From Octopus bimaculoides (lineage: Eukaryota), in NCBI RefSeq assembly GCF_001194135.2, contig NC_069000.1, forward strand, positions 33,699,201 to 33,763,200: a stretch of DNA of 64,000 nt, read 5' to 3'. Each line of letters begins with the position of its first letter. Position 1 is the first letter of the stretch. The notes under the pieces were generated by a model, which ran no database searches, was not told where the DNA came from, and saw only the letters and a list, made by a program, of their open reading frames with translations. A program made the position numbers and the translations under genes. Below are positions 51,829 to 64,000 of this stretch, piece after piece.

Positions 51829-54800
51829 CCAGGTTTCATTTCGTTTTGAGCTCACACACTTCGTTAATTTACATAAAAAACTTTTATTTATTTTCATTTT
51901 GCACGCTGCATTCCGCTCTATGTATTGTAGTCAGTCACAGATGCACACGTGTGTTTTTCTATATATGTTTGTATACATTTATGTATATTATTTACATTAT
52001 TCCTCATCCCTTAAATATAGAACTGTACATTTATGTATGTCTGTGTGAGCGGAGGGGTGTGCTGTCTTGTATACGTACATACATATAGTGGCACTCCATC
52101 GGTTACGATGACGAGGGTTCCAGTTGATCCGATCAACAGAACAGCCTGCTCGTGAAATTAACGTGCAAGTGGCTGAGTACTCCACAGACACGTGTACCCT
52201 TAACATAGTTCTTGGGGAGATTCAGTGTGACACAGAGTGTGACAAGGCTGGCCCTTCAAAATACAGGTACAACAGAAACAGGAAGAAAGAGTGAGAGAAA
52301 GTTGTTGTGAAAGAGTACAGTAGGGTTGATCACCAACCCCTGCCAGAGCCTCACGGAGCTTTAGGTGTTTTCGCTCAATAAATACTCACAACACCTGGTC
52401 TGGGAATCAAAACCACAATCCTATGACCGTGAGTTCGCTGCCCTAACCACTGGGCCATTGCACCTCCAAGTACATACATANNNNNNNNNNCATATTCTTT
52501 TATATGAATGCGAAAGAGAGAGTTGAATAACTGTAAGCCTACTTTTGGGACACCTTGTATATATTATATATACATTCTTTTATTCTTTTATTTGTTTCTG
52601 GCATTTGACTGCGGCCATGCTGGAGCACTGCCTTTAGTCGAAGAAATCAACCCCAGGACTTATTCTTTGTAAGCCAAGTACTTATTCTTTCAGTCTCTTT
52701 TGCTGAACAGCTAATGCGGTACAACGGTGGTGCAATGGTATCACTAGTTAATCTCTATACATATCCATCATATTCTGTTAAAATGTCTTATTGATGAGTT
52801 TGATTTCTTCATCTCCCTGAAGAGAAGATTACATTGTTTTACACCATTTTATTCCTTTGGAATAATACCAGTGATATCTTCGAAACATGTGTTGGAAGTA
52901 AAATAATTTGAATAAAACCTGTGTTTAACTCCATTTATTTATTTATGTCTGGAATATTTCAGACAAACACATTTATCAAAATCTGGGACTGAAAAAATGT
53001 AGTCATCTGATTTAAAAGGATGAGTAAACTTTATGTTGTTGACTGCTTCTGTTCTTTGTTTTGTTTTTTGTTGATTCTTTTTTTTTTTTGTAGATATTTA
53101 GTAATGAGAACAGATCATGTGAAACCTACTTTTCTGACTCATTTAAAAGACTTATGGCTAGAAACAAATGGTAATTGTTTATAACACTCCAAAATACAAT
53201 AATAAAATAAATTGTGATAATTTGATAAGGAAAACATGAACATGATATAATTACATGACTGTATTAGATGGTATATATGATGCATCTATTTTTTCTTTTT
53301 TTAAGTCTCTCAAAACCCTGGGTCCTATATAAGTTGGATTGAAGAAGGGTATCAAAGTAGTGATTCTGAAATTCCCAAACAGGAGAATGAAGCAATGAGA
53401 GCTTTCTCATAGATATTCCTCTATTTGCAACAGAAAGACCAAAGATTTGAACAAAAGAGAAAAACTCCACTGAAAATATTGAAATAAAACAGTTGTATTA
53501 GAGTCAAAGTAGTTACAGCTTCATCCTCTTTAGTATGATGGTTGCATGAATAATAAAAGGAAGAAGATTATATGCTGATGTAGGTCAAAAGAACTCAATT
53601 ATTTCATGTTAATATCATTAGGAGTAACAAAGCTGCAGTGATCTCACCTCATCAGCTGACAAAGGAATGTTGTATACAAGTTGTATGTAAAATATTCTAA
53701 ATATAAATATCATCATCATTGTCATTTAACACACATCTTCCTTACTGGGATGGGTTGGAGAACTTAACAGGAACGGTTTACATTGGCATGCTTTTTAAAG
53801 CTCGNNNNNNNNNNNNNNNNNNNNNNNNNNNNNNNNNNNNNNNNNNNNNNNNNNNNNNNNNNNNNNNNNNNNNNNNNNNNNNNNNNNNNNNNNNNNNNNN
53901 NNNNCTACTATCTCTCTCCCTCTCTTGTTCTTCATCCTTTCTGTTTTTCTCTCCAATCCTTTCCTTATTCTTCTTCTCTCCCTTTCAATATTTGCCCCAA
54001 CAGGTCTTCGCAAGCAGAGTTTAGTGCCCAATGAAGTAAAGGTACGAATAAGTGGGCTGGCTACACCCCTGGCAGAGGCTACGGATTATGGTCTCACTTG
54101 GCTTGCCGGGTCTTCTCCCGCACAGCATATTTCCAAAGGTCTCGGTCACTAGTCATTGCTTCGGTAAGGCCTAATGTTCGAAGGTCGTGCTTCACCACCT
54201 CATCCAAGGTCATCTTGGGTCTACCTCTTCCAAAGGTCCCCTCAACCGCTAGGATCTGACACTTTTCACACAGCTATCCTCATCCGTTCTCGCCACATGA
54301 CCATACCAGCACAATTGTCTCTCTTGTACACCACAACTGATGCTTCTTAGGTCTAATTTTTCTCTCAAGGTACTTACACTCTGTCGAGTATGCACACTGA
54401 CATTACACATCCATCGGAGCATACTGGCTTCATTTCTTGCAAGTTTACGCATGTCCTCAGCAGTCATGGCCCATGTTTTACTGCCATGTAGCATGGCTGT
54501 TCATACACATGCGTCATAGTCTGCCTTTTACTCTGAGTGAGAGGCCCTTTGACACCAGCAGAGGTATGAGCTCTCTGAGCTTTGCCCAGGCTATTCTTAT
54601 CCTAGCAGCTACACTTTCAGCACACCCTCCCCCACTCCTGACTTGGTCACCTAGGTAACGGAAGCTATCAACTACTTCTAGTTTTTCTCCCTGGAATGTG
54701 GCAGAAGTTGTTCTCTTGCACATTTTCAGTGTTTATTGCTCCTGAGCATCTGCCACATACAAAAACTATCTTCCTAGTTAGCCTTCTTTTGATATTGCTG

Positions 54801-57800
54801 CACCTCTTATGTGTCCATAGCTTACACTGGGTACATCTTATAGAGTTTCTACCTACGCCTTTTCTACAGGCCCTTCAATTCTAATCCTTGCTTCCACACC
54901 TGAAACTTCTCTAGTTTTGATAGTGACTCAGTAATTAGGGCAAGGTCATCAGCATAGAGGTGTTCCCAGAGGCAACCTGTCTTGAATTCCTGTGTTATTG
55001 CTTGGAGGACTATGATAAATAGGAGAGGGCTGAGGACTGAACCTTGGTCGACCCCTACCTCTACCCAGAATTCTTCACTGTACTCATTGCCAACCCTCAC
55101 CTTACTGACAGCATCCCTGTACATGGCTTCTACAGCTGTAGAAACCTTGTGAAATTAGATGGGACCAGTCTTCAGTCAAACCGTCCAACCCATGCCAGCA
55201 TGGAAAGTGGACATTAATTGATGATGATGATGATGATGATGAATGTGATGTGTATGGTTGAGAATAGCTGTATAAAGGAGTGGCAATCACTAAATGTGGA
55301 AGGAACAAGTGGAGCTATAGATCTTGGAACACATTAGGACAAAGTAATGAAGACTGACCTCTAGATGTTGAAACTCTCAGAGAAGATGATGGGAGACCGA
55401 AACGAATGACATTATGCTGTGCTGAAGAAGACCTGTCCATCTCCGCAGAATCAAGGCTCTGTCAAGCCCTCCCCCACAGCTCATCTGACACCCATTCTTC
55501 CATCAATCTTTTGTTATCCTATTTTCTTCACTTCTCCCTACACTGAACTAATATTTTCTGCATCCAACTCATTCCCCATTTCTAATCATCTGTCACATTA
55601 TTTTCGCTCACTGTTTTTACCTACATGTCCACCTTTTCTGCTCTTCTATCTTATTCTGTCTTTTATTCACGTTGTACCAACACCCCACATCTCTCTCTCT
55701 CTCTCTCTCTTTCTCCAGGTAGGCAACCCATGTATTCATCACTTCAGCAAGACACCTGCTCCTCTCCCTCTATCCTAGTTCCTTATTCCTCCAGTCTGTA
55801 CTCCATTCAGTTGAGGGACCTTATTTTGAAGGTACTTGTCAACCCCACCGGTACTGATGCCATGTAAAAAGCACCAAGTACACTCTGATAAATGGTTGGC
55901 ATTAGGAAGGGTACCCAACTGTAGAAACTATCTTATCTATCTAATCTATCTCACCTTATGTGTCTAATCTAATCCATCTAATCTATAATCTATCTTATCT
56001 ATCTAATTTATCTCATGTATCTAATCTAATCTATCTTATCTTATCTATCTAATTTATCTCATGCATTTAATCTAACCTATAATCTTACCTATATAATCTA
56101 TCTAATTTATATCATCTTATGTATCTAATCTATTTAATCTATAATCTATCTTATCTATCTCATCTATCTAATCCCTCTAATCTATTTTATCTGTTTATCT
56201 TATCTATCTGTTCTATCCTGTCTATCTCATCCATCTTAGCTAATTATCACTGTCACTTGTTCAAGAAAAAAAATATCGGTTTCGTCCAGTGGTTTTGAAA
56301 GAGTGAAAGAGATAGACAGAAATAGAGAGAGGGAGGGAAAGAGTAAGAGATAGAGAGGGGAGAGCGAGAAAAAAAGTAATGTGAGGGAGAGAGTATAAGA
56401 GTATAGCAGTGTCATTCATTTGTTCTACAATTATTTCTCCTAATTTTATCAAATGCCTCTCTCTCTCTCTCTCTCTATCCCCTCTCTCTTTCTACTCCCA
56501 TCCTCTTCTCTCTCTTACACTTTATTCTTTCTTTTTCTGTCATCCTCTTCTCTCTCTTACACTCTACTCTCTCTCTCTCCTCTACGGAAATATGTGTAAT
56601 TACTCGAAGTTAAATGGATTTCTTGCTTTATAAAACAAAACAATTGGCCATTGCTGAATCGTAGTTACGGGGACGTATACAAACCAACACCGGTTGTCAA
56701 CCGGTGGGAGGACAGTCACAAATAAATACATATATATATATATACAGGTAATCTTCCAGTTTAGGGAGGTTAAAAAGTAAATAAAAATCCAAGGGAAATA
56801 ACTTAACGTCTTACTAGTATTTGGAAGATTACCACAAGTTGTTGCGCAGCCAGTACTATGATATTCAATCACGTGTGTGATTTATATATAAACAGTTAAC
56901 TTCAATCACGTGTGTGATTTATTTAGAAACAGCTAAAAAAAACAAAAAAAAAACACATTTCAGAGTAGTACGGATAATACTAGTAAGACGTTATTTCCCT
57001 TGTATTTTTATTTACTTTTTTTACCTCCCTACACTGGAAGATTACCTGTATACACACTTAAATATATACCACAGCTTCTTTCAGTTTCTGTTTACCAAAT
57101 TCACTCACAAGGCTTTGGTCGGCCCGGGGCTATAGCAAAAGGTGTCAAGCAGTGGGACTGAACCTGAAACCATGCGGTTGGCAAGTGAGGTTTTTAATAT
57201 TACATTTATTAAATCAAATACCGTCGACTTATGCTTCCTATATTTTCCTAAAAGGATCAAATCCTTCGGAATTTCTATCCTGGAAATAAGAGGGCCGTTT
57301 GTTACCTGGTGGTGAATTGGCGGAATCTCTAATGCAGTGGTTCCTAACAGTGGTTCCTAACCCCTTTATTTAAATGAGTTTTCCCACGGACCCCTCTTAA
57401 CATGCTTGTCATTATGTAATATTTATATACATGAAATTTTGAATTTAGTTTACGGATCTCCAGTACTACCTCTGCGGACCCCAGGTTGAAAACTATTACC
57501 TTAGTGCGTCTGAAAAAAGTCTCGTCGGAAAAAATGTCCCGGATCTTTATGTTCTGGTTTCAAATCCTACCGAACCCAATTTCACTCGTATTTCATTATA
57601 CTAACCCCCTCCCGCCAGGGTTGATAAAATGAAATCTAATGAAAGTTTTTTTGTTATGTGTGTCCACCTAAAACTTAGAAATTATCGAACGGACAGCCAC
57701 AAAATTACATATATACATTAACTACATCACCGAACAGGTACTGGTAAAAAAATTACCAAAATAAGTATGGGGTCGATTAATTCGACCAAACCCTTCAATG

Positions 57801-58922
57801 AGGTGCCCCAGGATGGTCACAGTTCAATGAATGAAACAAGTAAAAGATAAACAATATTTACAAGATTAATCTATCCAAGAAAGTTCGAGGATTAACAACG
57901 GACTGCTGACTAAATTACCACAAAATTTCACCTTTTGGGGCAGGATCGTATTCTCCTATATCGGAAACATAGAAATCCGAAAAATTTTGGAAAAATATTA
58001 ATAAAAAAAACATCGGAAATGGGTGGTGTGCACGCGCTTTACCTTCGCCAGAACATCGACTGAATATCTTCTATCAGCTACCTTCGAGGTACAGTTGTTA
58101 CCGCTGTTTTTGTTTAATTTTGATCATACTAACGCCATACCCTTTTATCTATTTCTCTATTTTCCCCGAAGAATCTACACACCCGAAAAATCAGAATTTG
58201 TAACGAACTAGATAATTTTAAACTCTACACAGATGCGGACTACAACTTCGATGGTTTTTAAGGTGATCATTGTTTTTTTGTTTTTTTTAAGGTACATATA
58301 TACCGCTGCGTAGGCGATCTTTAATAACAATAACAGGTTAATGGTTTCGAATTCTGGCACATAGGAGGGTGTATGTTGATTATATCGACAACTGTGTCCA
58401 ACAGGTATTTATTTTATCGACACCGAAAGGATGAAAGGCAAAGTCAACCTAGGCGGAATTTGAACCCAGAACGTAAAAAGCCAGAAGAAATGCTGCTAAG
58501 TATTTTGTCCGATTCCCTAACGATTCTACGAATAAGAATAAGAAATTCTGCTAGGTATTTTGACTCCCTAACGATTCTACGAGCTTGCCACCTTAATAAT
58601 CCTAATGATAGGTATACAAGCCAACAAACCAGAAGCCGTTACGTCGTCGCTCAGATTGATAGAAGAGGTAGTCGAATGCTTCTTCTTAATTCAGATTGAA
58701 ATAGAGAAATAAAAATTTGTTTGTCCTGCATATACAATGTCTGAAGCAATGATAATAAAAAAACGGGGTGGTTACATCTGTTCGATGAAAATTAGGTAAG
58801 AAGGGTAATGATTAAATGAAATTATCGAAAATATAAAAAAAATAACTCACTTCATCGCATAATCCTTTAACCTCATCATTAATATCTTTTTTCTCAGACA
58901 ATCCTCCACACATTGTAGACAT
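49538..58922 (-). CDS. CSTB-like: Stefin (cystatin A/B-like) paralogue D, complete, canonical, 97 aa: complement(join(49538..49657,50627..50728,58851..58922)). MSTMCGGLSEKKDINDEVKGLCDE|LKQKMEEKLDKTFEKFEALHYKQQLVSGMNYFVK|IHIGNEEFVHARIYKPLFDAGELTSIKGSLALADEIEYF*
   Basis: MCGG N-terminus, QLVSG (QxVxG), VHxRI, DExxYF C-terminus; phase-0 GT-AG introns at stefin positions; AATAAA downstream. Confidence 0.95.
49850..50160 (+). mobile_element. LINE (RTE-like) 3' end with C2H2-type zinc-finger remnants, in stefin D intron 2
   Basis: CVICEKVCKAISNLKTHTAVH and ...GLNSHLRG; isolated and stop-bounded. Confidence 0.55.
50627..50728 (-). CDS. CSTB-like: Stefin D exon 2
   Basis: 102 bp, ttccag/gtaatt, QQLVSG. 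Confidence 0.95.
50990..51140 (+). mobile_element. tRNA-head SINE (GTGGTAAGAAG..TGCTTCCCAACCACATGGTTCC...). Fragments also near 3270, 7640-7770(-), 14420-14650, 19530-19650(-), 29210-29330, 57070-57190(-)
   Basis: Repeated in both orientations. Confidence 0.75.
52963..53412 (+). pseudogene. Candidate spliced gene fragment antisense within stefin D intron 1: exons 52963-53023, 53094-53170, 53306-53412
   Basis: Strong poly-T/tag acceptor and G|gtaatt donor; phases join in frame; one internal TAA (53013-53015); family not recognised. Confidence 0.4.
54020..55135 (-). mobile_element. RTE-clade LINE 3' portion (RT, C-terminus, 3'UTR)
   Basis: GVDQGSVLSPLLF, LYADDLAL, VDSFRYLGD, MLHGSKTWAM, QLCWYGHVAR; frameshifted. 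Confidence 0.92.
55925..56240. repeat. Degenerate (TATC/ATCT)n microsatellite array
   Basis: Directly visible. Confidence 0.9.
58851..58922 (-). CDS. CSTB-like: Stefin D exon 1 (coding part)
   Basis: MSTMCGGLSEKKDINDEVKGLCDE|gtgagt. Confidence 0.93.
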
Positions 58923-59120
58923 CGTGATAAATGAGGGAAGAGTCAGCAGATCCACTGGTTAACAATGAAGTGCGCTAAAGCTTGTTTGGGTGGTTGTTTA
59001 TAAACTAGTGTGCAACGGTAGAAGTTTTCTAATGAGAATGAAATCTATGGAAGCTGCTACACGCAAAAATGCGTTATTTCCAGTTATAACAAATTTCCCG
59101 ACTCATTTATGATTTATTCT
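58923..59120 (-). promoter_or_regulatory. Stefin D 5'UTR/proximal promoter with TATA box (GTTTATAAAC at 58996-59005)
   Basis: TATAAA ~75-80 nt upstream of the ATG; block conserved with genes B and C. Confidence 0.6.
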
Positions 59121-60913
59121 TTTACGTGCTTCCGTCATTTGACTGCGATCTCGCTTCGAAGGCTTTAGTCGATCGAATCGACCACAGTGCTATTTCCTTT
59201 TTATTCTAGTTCTTATTCTATCCGCCTCTTTTGCTCAACAGCTAATTACAAGATGTAAAACAAGCCAACACAGATTATCAAGTGGCGTGGAGACAAATAC
59301 AAAAACAAGCGCATACGCACACATGTATACATAGAGACATACATATAGATATAGGGGTATACCAACACAAATGTGCACCACCACCCAAACACACAACTTT
59401 GTTTCCTCATATCTTTCAGAAAAATGTTTTGTTTTGTTTTTTGTTTTACGAAATTCTCCATCAATACCTTTCACAGTGTGCAAATTACAATTATTTCAGA
59501 ATTTAATATGAAAAAAAATAATAATAAAATGGTTGGTTCACACACATACTTACTGACTGGCACATTACAATTTTCTTTAGAAATTCCAAGTTTCATTTTG
59601 CAGATATATGTGATGTGCATTAGTATGTATTTGTGAGAACCCACCGTTTTTCTTTTCTTTCTTTTCATATTAAATTCTGATATAATCGTAATCTACACCA
59701 TCTGAAAAATATTTGTAGAAAATTTCATTAAAACATGGCCATTTTTCTGAAAGTTAGGAGGAAACAAAGCCAACTCGGGTGAAATCTCCGAAAGTCCTCT
59801 TCCTNNNNNNNNNNNNNNNNNNNNNNNNNNNNNNNNNNNNNNNNNNNNNNNNNNNNNNNNNNNNNNNNNNNNNNNNNNNNNNNNNNNNNNNNNNNNNNNN
59901 NNNNNNNNNNNNNNNNNNNNNNNNNNNNNNNNNNNNNNNNNNNNNNNNNNNNNNNNNNNNNNNNNNNNNNNNNNNNNNNNNNNNNNNNNNNNNNNNNNNN
60001 NNNNNNNNNNNNNNNNNNNNNNNNNNNNNNNNNNNNNNNNNNNNNTATATATATATATATATATGTGTGTGTGTATATATATATGTATGTATGAGTGTTT
60101 TTGTGTGTGTTTGTCCCCCCACCATCTCTTGACAGCCGATGCTGGTATGTTTACGTCCCCGTAACTTAGCGCTTCGGCAAAAAGAGACCGATAGAATAAG
60201 TACAAGGGTTATAAAGGAATAAGTCCTGGGGTCGATTTGCTCGACTAAAGGCGGTGCTCCAGCATGGCCGCAGTCAAATGACTGAAACAAGTAAAGAGTA
60301 AGTTATGAGGAAACAGAGTCGGGTGGAGCACACTTGTGTATGTTGATATACGATGGGCTTCCACAGTGTTCATCTGCTAAATCCACTTGCAAGGCATTGG
60401 TCGGCCCGTGTAGTGAGATTAAGCCCGAAATAAGTTGCGAACCGAACTTCTAACATTATTCCTCACCCAACCCGTTATTACAATCAATGGACAGAGCGTA
60501 GTATTCAGGTAACAGTTTCAATAAAATATTTTACGAAAGAATTTGGTGCTTCAATTCCATTTTTGATTATGTATACATCATTTAACGTCCATAATCAAAT
60601 TTTATATACACACAAAAACGATGCGCTGAATTTTTCATGTGCAGAACTGTAGGTTCACGAATAAATATCATTTGACTTTTTAGAATACTGTAAAATTTGT
60701 TAGAAATTACATATATGATATTTCGGACATTATTTATGGGATGACGTCATATATTAAGATGATACGAATAAGATTTAATGCAAGTTGAGAGAATTAAAAA
60801 TTAACATTTGGTACTTGATTGTTTTTGTACGGAAACATGCAGCACTTGTCAATTTGTCACCGCTTTCATTTTCTCTCCACATAAATTCCTTCCAATGTCA
60901 TTGAAAAATAGTA

Positions 60914-62335
60914 CAGTAGAACCTCGCAGTACGAGTGCACCAATGTACGAGTAATTTGCTGTACGAGCCGAGGCTCGTGCAAACTTTTGTTTTGAAGTAC
61001 GAGTGGACATCCGCAATACGAGCGAGTTTCATACAAGCGACCGTTAGTCAGCGCTCTCCCCACAGGCGCAGCCTCCACTCGCTCAGTTAACGAATTTATC
61101 TCGTTGTGACAGCATCCCTGTTGTGTTTTTCCTAGTGTTATTTTTTCTATTTTGTGCGGAGTTTGGGGGAGTTTTTTGCTTGTTATTATTTTATAATTAG
61201 TTGTGTTAGCCATGGGTCCTAAGAAGGTTAGTGCAAAGGACAGTGCTAAGAAGAAGGAAGAGCTGATTGCGATAGAATTGAAGAAGGAAATCATTGATAA
61301 ACATGAGAGAGGAGTGGGCGTAGTGGACATAGCAAGTCAATACGACCGAAACACGTCGACGATTTGCACCATCCTGAATAAAGAGGACGAGATTAAGGCC
61401 TTTACAACAGAAAAGGGTGTCCCCAGGCTCTCTGAAGAGATGGAAAAATTGCACGATGGCAGCTGAGGATTTCGTGCATGAATGCCGTCAGCTCATCGTA
61501 TCCGTGGGGTACATCGCACAATAGGTATTCAACTGTGATGAAACTGGCTTTTTTTTTATTGGAAAAAAATGCCCAAAAGAACCTATATAACTGCAGAGGA
61601 GAAGAAAATAGCAGTCCACAAGCCTATGAAAGACAGGTTAACTCTCACCCTTTGTGCCAAAGCGAATGGAGACTTGAAGATTAAGCTGCTCCTTGTCTAC
61701 CATTCCGACAACCCACGAGCGTTCAAGTCGCGCAAAATTCTGAAGGAGATGCTACAAACGTTAAAGCCTGGGTCAACAGGCAATTCTTCGGACCAGCAGT
61801 GAAAAAATACCTTCTGAAGAACGATCTTCCTCTCAGGGCCCTCCTCATCCTCAACAATGCTCCTGCTCACCCTCCTAATTTCGAAGATGATATCCTGAAC
61901 GAATTTGAATTCATAAAAGTTCTATACCTTTCGCGCAGCACCACCCCTATCTTGCAGCCCATGAACGAACAGGTGATTTCTAATTTTAAGAAATTGTACA
62001 CCAAACACCTATTTCATCGGTGCTTTGAATTCACCGAAAATATAAATCTAACCCTTCGTGAGTTTTGGAAAGAGCACTACAACATTGTTAACTGCCTGAA
62101 AATCATCAACATGTCCCGGCAGAGTGTAACGAGGAGAATTCTGCATGGAGGAAACCGTGGCCTGACTGCCTATCCGAAAGAAACTTCGAGGGGTTTGAGT
62201 CTGAGAGGGGTTTGAGTCTGATTTGTAAAACGAGCTCAGTCATGGAACGAATTAAACTCGTACTGCGACAACCCACGAGTGTTCAAGTTGCGCAAAATCC
62301 TGAAGGAGTCGCTGCAGGTCATGTGGAGGACAAAC
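60914..62335 (+). mobile_element. Tigger/pogo-family DNA transposon, decayed and internally deleted
   Basis: TA+CAGTAGAACCTCG TIR; MGPKK...IELKKEII (CENP-B-like HTH), FNCDETG, DRLTL, LILNNAPAHP; partial right TIR at 62259-62270. Confidence 0.92.
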
Positions 62336-63306
62336 TTTAAAGTATTTGTAATTCATAAGAGAGAATATCACTTCAAAATGAGAACAATACTTTCAAAATG
62401 AACACGTATAACTTCAAAATGAGATTCGCGATTTCAGATTGCACACTGTTGACATTACAAACGATGTTATGATGTCTTAATGTTATTTTTTCCTACAATT
62501 AATTTCACTTTGAAGTTATGTCTCATTTTGAAATCAATCACCTCACTTTGAAGAGGCAAGGTTTCATGTTGAAGTAGCTTATGCTTACGTATACTGACAG
62601 AAGTTGTTGTAAATTGTTTGGTCCCTCTATTGTATTTTAGCCTCCTTACAAAAGTATTCGATGGATTTGCTATAAATATTAGCATTTTCATGATCCACAT
62701 GATTTATTTCGTGTAGAACCACGTCATGCATGGATTTCCTCTGAATTTGCATATTTAGGCATATACGGTCCAATTACATTAGTACCTAGACAAATACAGG
62801 TACATCAAATACCATACAACATAAATTCTTGATTTATTAAAATTAACGCTGCCTCTAGAGGATGTATCATAATTACCAAATCGTAATTAAATCCAGACGA
62901 GGAGATAATCTCAAGATTCAAGAGTTTCTCCAAAGTTGACATGTCTTTAAAAAGAAGGACAAAGTTATTGTCTGGTGATTAGAGAAGAGTCGTGGACACG
63001 TGTTTCTGGTTCAGTGATTCTAATGTTCTCTTTTATTTATATTTTTTCCTTTCTAACAACAAAAGACGGATCTTTTTTAAAACGGGGGCCACATTTTTCA
63101 TTAACGAAACACTTTGAAACTTGGAACACTGGTAGAATGTGTCATATAAAACATCTTTTTCTCTTAGTCTTCTTTAAAAAAAAAGAAATCCATAAGTTAT
63201 TCCATGTTAAAGTTGTCGTATTTCTGTAATTTCAACCAATCACTGACGTCCATTCAGCCGATATACATTAAGTGCCGACTACATAAACAAACGATTCTGA
63301 AACAAT

Positions 63307-63362
63307 TAACCCTAACCCTAACCCTAACCCTAGGGTTAGGGTTAGGGTTAGGGTTAGGGTTA
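63307..63362. repeat. Interstitial telomere-type palindrome (TAACCC)4-TA-(GGGTTA)5
   Basis: Directly visible. Confidence 0.95.
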
Positions 63363-64000
63363 AAGCAAATTTAAAATGAAAAAAGCAAATAAAACGAAGG
63401 TATGGAGATTAAATACGCTTTACATCGCTTAATCAGCCGAAGGNNNNNNNNNNNNNNNNNNNNNNNNNNNNNNNNNNNNNNNNNNNNNNNNNNNNNNNNN
63501 NNNNNNNNNNNNNNNNNNNNNNNNNNNNNNNNNNNNNNNNNNNNNNNNNNNNNNNNNNNNNNNNNNNNNNNNNNNNNNNNNNNNNNNNNNNCTGGTTCAA
63601 ACCGTATTATCCCGGATACAACGATCTGAATAATAAACTATTGTTCATTAATTGCGACTAATAAAAACAAAGAAAAGACTATAATTATATATATATATAC
63701 TTTTTCAATTCCTGTTTCAGATCATTATCTGCGGGATATCCGTGTCTCTAGTTATAGGTTTCCATTGGGTCAACCACTACTTTATATAGAGTAAATATCT
63801 CAACGGATAACATTCGCAAAGCACCAATTTTCAGGCTTTTCTCGTCGCTTCCCCCCCCCCACACACACACACACATTCTAGAAAGCTACCCATCGTTGTC
63901 TGGGAATTTACGCAATCTTAGGAATTTTTTAAAAAACTACCCTCATTGTTACTGTCTTTCTTTTTCCAAATGGCGGATGAGAATCATACTAATTCCGTAT

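Overview
This is AT-rich, microsatellite-dense eukaryotic DNA with about 14 assembly gaps. The SINE/LINE repertoire looks like an octopod cephalopod, which is inferred from recognition and not confirmed. The six-frame ORF track is mostly noise: N-spanning, microsatellite and decayed-transposon ORFs. Reading splice sites by eye shows a cluster of small 3-exon type-1 cystatin (stefin, cystatin A/B family) genes. Three are complete: B on minus (19082->13947), C on plus (29710->39340) and D on minus (58922->49538). Gene A on plus has exons 2-3 only, with exon 1 outside the window or in a gap, and E is an orphan exon 2 with a premature stop. All introns are phase 0 at the positions known from vertebrate stefins. 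Only D keeps the canonical QxVxG loop (QLVSG); the others carry EIVNG, EIMCG, CVGGFPG and QEVKR. Four copies also share a conserved downstream exon-like module. The rest is decayed retroelements (Penelope-like, R4/Dong, HERO, Tx1/L1, RTE), DNA transposons (mariner, Tigger/pogo, Helitron), tRNA-derived SINEs, palindromes and simple repeats. Stefin exon boundaries were counted base by base; transposon boundaries are approximate.
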